From the human T2T-CHM13v2.0 reference genome, Homo sapiens, in NCBI RefSeq assembly GCF_009914755.1, contig NC_060930.1: a stretch of 64,000 bases of DNA; one strand, written 5' to 3'. The translations under genes and the position numbers were made by a program. This document shows positions 56,281 through 64,000 of the stretch, piece by piece (the stretch's first letter is position 1; each line of letters begins with the position of its first letter). The notes under the pieces are model-generated. The model was given only the letters and a program-made list of their open reading frames with translations, did no database searches and had not been told where the DNA came from.

Positions 56281-56419
56281 TTATTTTATTTTTATTTTTG
56301 TAGAGATGAGGTTTTGCTACATTGCCCAGGCTGGTCTAGAACTCCTGGTATCAAGCAATCCTCCCGCCTCAGCCTCCCAAACTGCCTGGATTACAGGTGT
56401 GAGCCACTGCATCTGGCTG
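56281..56419 (-). mobile_element. Alu monomer (FLAM)
   Basis: Antisense single arm; TSD ggagctgaaatctt. Confidence 0.85.
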
Positions 56420-57936
56420 GGAGCTGAAATCTTAGTTTAGATAATTTAGCCTTAGCCATGCAGCTTGGAGTCTGTCCTGCACATGTGGGGTTCAGAGATT
56501 TGAGCAGAGTCTATACACAGAATTTGAGGCTACTCATTTATGGCTTCTTCTCCTTTCCAGGATTTCCTTCCTCACTTTCCAGCTGTGTAGTCACCAGAGC
56601 TCTGTCCTCTGGTTTTTCACGCCAGTACAAGCGTGAGCTTTACATCCTAGTTTTAACCACCCCACACATCCCTGACTAGGGGCTTCCCTCAGCAAACAAA
56701 CTACAAAAAATTTTTTAAAAAATCCATTGCTATTCCCTTCTTCCAAGTATTGTCTCCCCTCCAATATCCATGCCTTTTGATCACTCTCCAGAGTTTTCAT
56801 AGTTGTTTTTTATAATTTTGTCATGTGGGAGGTTTGTGGTCCTATGGGAGGTACTCAGCCACTACTGAATGCAAAATTTTTGTTAGTGTCTTTTTAAAGA
56901 GCAAAGACATCTTTCTCAGAATTCCCCAGCAGGTTTATTCTCTATCTTATGGACCAGAATTGTTTTCATCTGCTCTTTCTTAAACTCCTTTGTTCTGGGG
57001 TCTTCTTGTCCTGAAGGGCTTGGCTGCCCTGAAGAAGGTAAACAGAATTAGGATTTGTTTAGTCAGGAAGAAAGGGACCAGAATCCAATAAAACTTGCTA
57101 CACAGAACTTTTCAGTGCCTTTAATATGAAGGTTTGCATTGTCGCTCTCCAAGTGCTTATCCCAATCTCACCTGCAATATTCCTTAAATGTATTTATTTG
57201 ATTTAGAAGTCCTTTATCCACAGAGATTTGTCAGGACTGGTCTGAATTTCTGGAAGCAGCAGGGTTTCAAGGCCACCCTTTGGTCACAATGCTCAGTGTG
57301 CTGCCCCACTATGGCAGTCTGGCCAGCAGGTTCTGGGTTGTATCACCATTTCCAACTCATCATTGTGTTGTGAACCACAGCAATGGTTCAGACCAAAACT
57401 TGAGGTCTGAACCAATTGCTGGAACAGACCCTCCTAGTGACCAAGGGAGTATTATCTCAGTTTTGCACAACCTGTTCCTAGAAGGTGGATTTCTCATGAA
57501 AAATCCAAAGACAAAGGGTCTTTCCTTGGAACCACAGCTAAATTTAGGGCTCAGGGCTTTGTCAGTTATATTTAAGCTAAACTAAGCTGAGGAGTTGGTG
57601 ACTTTCATGGGGTTATTGCTTTGCAGGTTATCTGGGGAACTCCTCCAAAACCATCGATTATCTGCTGCAAGCAGTTAAAACTGTGTTTAAAGAAAAAAAA
57701 TACTGAAAAGGTGAAGTAAATATACTAGTAAAGACTATTTTGAAAAAGAAAGATCCCCGCAATCCCACCACACAATGGTTTTCACTGTACAGTCCCTCTC
57801 CACACACCCACATTTTTATGTACTGTATCTCCTTGATTATAAAATACTATCAGTTTCAAGATCCAACATCGATTTAGTAAAAGCTTTTCAGGAGAAAAAA
57901 AAAACACTGTGAGAACCTAATAAGAATGAACATTAA

Positions 57937-58282
57937 TACTATACAGCCATAAAAAAGAATGAAATCATCCTTTGCAGCAACATGGATGTTGCCAGAGGCC
58001 ATTATCCTACACAAATTAACTCAGGAACAGAAAACCAGATACCGCATGTTCTCACTTATAAGTGGGAGCTAAACAGTGGGTACTCAAGCACATAAAGATG
58101 CAACAGTAGACACTGGGATCTACTAGGGAGGGAGGGAGGAGGGCAAGAGTTCAAAAACTATTGAGTACTATGCTTAGTACCTGGGTGACAGGATCAGTTG
58201 TACCCCAAACCTCAGCATCACAAAATGTACCCAGGTAACAAATCTGCATATGTACTACCTAAATCTAAAATAAAAGTTGAAA
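57937..58282 (+). mobile_element. L1PA15/16-like 3' end
   Basis: atactatacagccataaaaaagaatgaaatc...catgttctcacttataagtgggagctaaac...aatctaaaataaaagttgaa. Confidence 0.85.
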
Positions 58283-58311
58283 TTTTTTTTTTAAGAAATG
58301 AAAGACCATTG

Positions 58312-58612
58312 AGGCCAGGCTCATACCTATAATCCCAGCACTTTGGGAGGCTGAGGAGGGAGGATCACTTGAGGCCAGGAGTTTGAGACCAGCCTGGGCA
58401 ACACAGTGAGACCCCATCTCTACAAAAAATTAAAAATAAGCAGGTGTTGTGTTGTGTGCCTGTAGTCCTAGCTACTAGGAGGCTGAAGCAGGAGGATTGC
58501 TTGAGCCCAAGAGTTTAAGGCTGCAGTGAGCTATGACACATCACTGCACTCCAGCCTGGGTGACAGAGTATGACCCTGTCCCTAAAATATAAAAATAAGG
58601 ATAAAAAATAAA
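58312..58612 (+). mobile_element. AluJ
   Basis: Dimer with A-rich tail. Confidence 0.88.
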
Positions 58613-59028
58613 ATGGCAATTGATGGTGAGATACATCTTAATATCAGAAACCTTACAACTTGGGGGGAAAATATATGCCTTAGGATTGAGAAATATATGG
58701 AAAAAGTATATTTATTTTACTTTTACTTTGCTATGTATAAGAAAGTGTTTTAAATTATTTAAATTTTGAATCAGAAACACATTCACATGGTTCAACATTC
58801 AGAAGGTGCAAAAGTATTGTCAGGGACAGGTTTCCCTACTTTCCATCTCTTGGTCCCCTCCCCAGAGGCCACCGATGTTTTCAGTCTCTTGTGTCTCATT
58901 CAGAGGTAGTTTATCCTTATATCTGCAAGTGAAGTCTTATGTTCTTTGCCCCCTTTTTTACACAAATGGTAGCATATTATACACCCTCTTCTGAACCTCA
59001 TTTTGTACTTAAAATATCATACAGATGA

Positions 59029-59422
<394 letters not shown>

Positions 59423-61932
59423 ACGACCATTTTCATGATCATTTTTAATGATTGTTCAGTTTTGTGAGGTGACTAGACCACAATTTAATAACAAATCCCT
59501 GTTGTTGGACACTTAGGTTGTTTCCAGTGTTTTGCTATGATAGAGAGCACTTGCAATGACCATCACTAATTCAACAGATATTTTTCTGACCACCATGAAT
59601 GGCAATCCTCCTGTGTACCGAAGTGTCTTCCCCTAAGGGGCTTACAGTCAAACAGCAGGAACAGCCAGGGAAGTAAATAAGGCACAGAAGTGCTCCCATC
59701 CCCTAAAGAGCCTCTGAGGACAGTCTGGGCTCCCACATGAGGAAAAGGGAGGAGGAAAGTGTTGATGGGTTTACCTACGTATTCAGGTCAATGTAAATTA
59801 ACAAGTTAGGTTACAATTCATTCATCAGGCTTGTGAGTTTGGTGAACGTGTGTTCACCTCAGACGTGGTTCCAATCTTCGTGCACTGACCATATCACAGT
59901 CTTAGGGCCCAGCTGTGCTGAACTTACAAAAGCGAGAAATAAAGAATAAAAACAGTTAACACTTGGTAAGCGCTTGCCATGTGCCAGGAGAAAACCCTAG
60001 GAGGCAAGTTTGATTATTTTCCCATTTTCTAGATGAGAAAGCTAAGGCACAGAGATGTCAAATAATTTGTCAAAGGTGCAACTAACATAGCTGTGTCTTG
60101 AACTAAGACAGCTGGACTCCCTAAGTGGCCATACTGTACCGCCCTAAGAAAGGCGGCTGGACTTAACCCTGGCGGCACATCTTGTCTTTGCTCCATGGAT
60201 GCTGATCTGATCCCTTTCTCTTCTTTTAACCAGGGTAAACTCAGGGTGCCTTTATTTCTTTTTTATTGGATGAACATTTTCCTAGGATGAGCACGGCTTT
60301 TTATCCTCTGGGGAGAATCGCCTGCCAGAGCCTTTGAGATTGGGATTCTCCTTCTCCACTGGGGAGGGGGTGCAGAGGTTCTTCCAACCCTGCAGCCAGG
60401 CAGTGCAAGGAGACTGAGAGCCTGGGGGTGACCCAGACCTCACACAGTTGGTCCTAGGGCTACAGAAGCCCAGGCTGATCCTCTGGCTCAGACCTGTCCC
60501 ACCTTCAATCCACTTTCCCCTGTCCCCCACCTCGTCCCACCCTACCTCTGTCCCACAGACAACCCTCCCATCCTCCACTCTCCCACTCTGCCCTGAATCC
60601 CCAGACAACAGCAAGCCTAAATCTCATCAGCCAGACGGGGCTACGCAGCACATGTAATGAAACCTCCTGCCCCATTTCTAATAATTCAATTTCTTCATAG
60701 CTATTGGAACAAAAGGCCCTCTTCACCTCAGAATATTCCAAATGCCAAAACAAATAGCAGCGCACAGAAAATGTGACCATCCACAGTAATTCTTCTTTGT
60801 TTACTGTAATGGAAGTAACAATGAAAACAACACAAGAGGCTAGCAGTGAAAAATGGGTTTCCCTCCACCCGCAAGCCCCAGTCCCTTCCTCAGAAGTAAC
60901 CATCCTCAGCGGTTTTATTTCTGAAATGTTACATGCATATACATACAGAAGCTCTTCCTCTACCTTTTAGACATAAATGGTAGCATACTATATTGCCTGA
61001 ATCCTTGTTTCTTTATCGTTATTTTTCCTTCTTACCAATATATCTTGGAGAACGTTCCCTATGAGCACACCCAGGTCCACAATTATTCTTTTCAATAGCT
61101 GCAGAGAATTGCATTATGTGGCTATACCATCATTCATTTAACTAGCTTGCCATTGATATACTTTTAGGTTATTTCTGGATCTTTGCTATTACAATTGATG
61201 CTGTATTTAAAAATTCTTTGCATATATTTTTGGAGGACTCCTATGAGTATTTCTGTAGGATAAATTCCTGCAAGTATTGATTTTTAAATAGATGGTGCCA
61301 AATTGCCCACCAAAATGCAGCTTTTCAAAGGAGACTGAATGAATAGCTTAGGCTTGATGGTCAAATCGTTTAAAATAACCAAGATTTTATTTTATATGGG
61401 AGAGCATCCTGATGCCTTTAAAACATAAACCATAAACACAAAAAAATATAAACTATAAAAGAAAAGAATGACACAATTTATTACATTAAAATTTAAATCT
61501 TTTGTATCACCGAAGACACCATTAAAATGTTGACTAAAAAACTGCACACCGGGAGAGGATATTTCCAATGCATTCAGCGGAGCCAATATTAGTACCAACG
61601 TCTACATGTTATTAACAAAAAGACAACACTCCCCCTGCCCTGCATTCCCAAATGGAAAAGGCTAAGAACAAGGTATTCAGAGAAAAGGAAACAGGAACAA
61701 CCAATGAATGAAATGAAATGATGCCTAGCTTCACCAAAAAATAAGGAAAATATAAATTAAACAACAGTGAGATAGCATTTCATAGCCCTCAGACTGGCAA
61801 AACGTTTTAAATCTGGTAATAAGAGAAGTGACGTGATTAGGACTCTTATAAACACTCAATGGGAGTGGAAACTGGCACACCCACTCTAGAGAGCAATCGA
61901 GCAGCTCCTTGCAGAGTTGCAGAAATGCCCAT

Positions 61933-62485
61933 TGTATTAACCATGCTTTCTTATTTTGTGAATTTTTGATGTTCTGGCATTTGTGGCCTCACTGATGGGG
62001 GCAAGGCTGCCCCTCCCAGGGCTACCCCATTCTTAGAGATAGCAGAGGGCTGGGGTGGGTGGGGCAGCGGCGCCTCTCATATGTAAACTAGCCCATGCTC
62101 TGATCCACCCTCTCTATCTGGCTTTTACACTCCAAGAGGCAAAATCACCCAGAGCCAGGCACCAGTCAACTAGAGACCAACCCTATGACCCAGAGCCCGC
62201 CACCTTGATTTGAATCAGCCAGTCCTAAGCTGCTTCCCTGCCCCTAAGCTGCTTCCCCGCTTCCCTTCCCTTTCCCACGGAAAACACCGTAAAGGCTCTG
62301 GGCTGTGCTCTCCTTTCGTCCCTTCTGCCCCATGACCGAACCTGGAGCTTCCCCATGCAGTCCTGCATGGCAAGGAAATGTAAGTATGTGCAACAGAAAT
62401 CTCTTCAATGACACTAGCCTCTCCATGTGGTAACTCAGTCACCTCCATCAACTGAAATCCTGTGGGTACCATTGATAAACCCACA
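61933..62485 (+). mobile_element. MER74-like ERVL solo LTR inserted in old L1
   Basis: Starts tgtattaaccatg; contains ctgcccctcccaggg..attcttagagatagca and catatgtaaac. L1 text resumes afterwards. Confidence 0.72.
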
Positions 62486-63351
62486 TTGTGACCTGAGAAA
62501 TTCCTATGCAGGGCCAAGGAAGGATGTACACAAAAGGATTCACTGTGGCATTGCTGGTTACAGCAAAACACTAGAAACAACCCAAATGTCCATCAGGAAG
62601 AGAATGATACATGTTGTCCCATGGTCTCATAATGGGTCACCAGAAAGCAGGAAAATGGAAAAGACTGGAGCCAGGGATCATAACACCAAGTAAAAACAGC
62701 AATTTGCAAAATAAAGGCAATGTGTTTGTTTATGTGAAATTTTTAAAAAGATTTATAAAACGATAGTATATATTGTTTATGAAACATATTAATATACTGA
62801 AAGTATAAAAAACATGGAAGGGAAAGAGTCCCTTCAACCTGGAACACTCCCTCCCTGGTTCTCCTGGGAGGGGAAGTGAAAGGTGATATTGATTAGGAAA
62901 CAGTTTGAGGAGGTTTCACCTTTACTTGTGACGTCTCATTGCTTTAAAACCAGGGAAATAGCTGAGCCAAATGTAGTAAAATGTTAAGATTTCTTCAGTC
63001 TGGCTGGTGGGTATATGAATGTTTGCTGCACTAGTTTGGGTACTTTATGCTAGAGCTCTTTCATTATAAGAAAAAAGATACTATTTAGACTGCATGAATA
63101 ATCTCAAGGTCCTACAAAATAACAACAGCTCAGGAAGCCAGCAAGCTTCTCAACTGTGCCCATCTCAGCTGTGCCAAACTTTCTCCTCTCTCCTTACATT
63201 GTACCTTTAAAAATTCCTGACTTTTTGGAAACATTTAAACACTTCTACCCCCACCATGGATATGTCTACATGTTTGGTCAAGTATTCAAAAATTAAGTCA
63301 CACACCTCAAAAGGCCAGTGCTACAGTGGAGGGCTGTTTAATTAGTTATCA

Positions 63352-63647
<296 letters not shown>

Positions 63648-64000
63648 GTTATCAGACCCCCACTGTATTTTTCAGGAGGGGTAGGGAAGAGAAAAAAAAT
63701 CTACTTCTTGGCTTCTAACAAAAATAAGTTGGTAAACAATTTCTAAAAATATATACAAATTTTCAAATTAAGTTTTCAGAATTTTCATGAATCAGTTATT
63801 TTACCTACGATAACAAAGTATCTATACCTTAAAGTATTTCTTTTGTTTTTACTAAAAGCAAAGGGCATATTTCATTCATTCTTCTCAAAATAAGGGCTAC
63901 ATTTTACTAGAAATATTTAAGAGCTCTTGCACTGGCCATGAGGTTTTCAGCAGCAAATATCAAGGGAACAGTGACTAAAAGCAAAGACATTGAGTTATCT

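Noticed and set aside
62224-62260. 19-bp tandem duplication in the MER74-like LTR
   Set aside because: Ordinary slippage within a decayed LTR; no further structure.

Overview
Primate DNA, almost certainly human because it carries an AluYb8/Yb9-type element. Bases 1-~31080 hold the 3' part of BRPF3 (bromodomain and PHD finger-containing protein 3, scaffold of the HBO1/KAT7 acetyltransferase complex) on the + strand. This comprises the end of one coding exon plus 11 further coding exons, which splice into one continuous frame of 743 codons plus a stop. They encode the EPC-like/coiled region, the bromodomain, a low-complexity linker and the PWWP domain, followed by a ~2.2 kb 3'UTR with three AATAAA signals. 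One intron inside the bromodomain is GC-AG. The remaining ~33 kb is non-coding and rich in repeats (Alu, L1, L2, MIR, solo LTRs, DNA transposons). From memory this is the 6p21.31 interval leading to PNPLA1, whose coding exons are not in the window. Exon numbers follow my recollection of the 13-exon reference model, and repeat subfamily names are recognised by eye. The most notable observations are: (i) a tailless, TSD-flanked retrocopy of exactly the 5' half of tRNA-Cys(GCA) ending at the anticodon; (ii) a set of template-switch-like scars, namely a ~195-bp near-identical direct duplication bracketing exon 3, a ~265-bp inverted duplication, an Alu capped by an inverted copy of its own head, and a 14-bp hairpin insertion; (iii) a young, possibly polymorphic AluYb9-like insertion; (iv) a CpG-retaining LTR1 solo LTR. 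I found no evidence for a new protein-coding gene, and nearly all entries in the ORF track are spurious.
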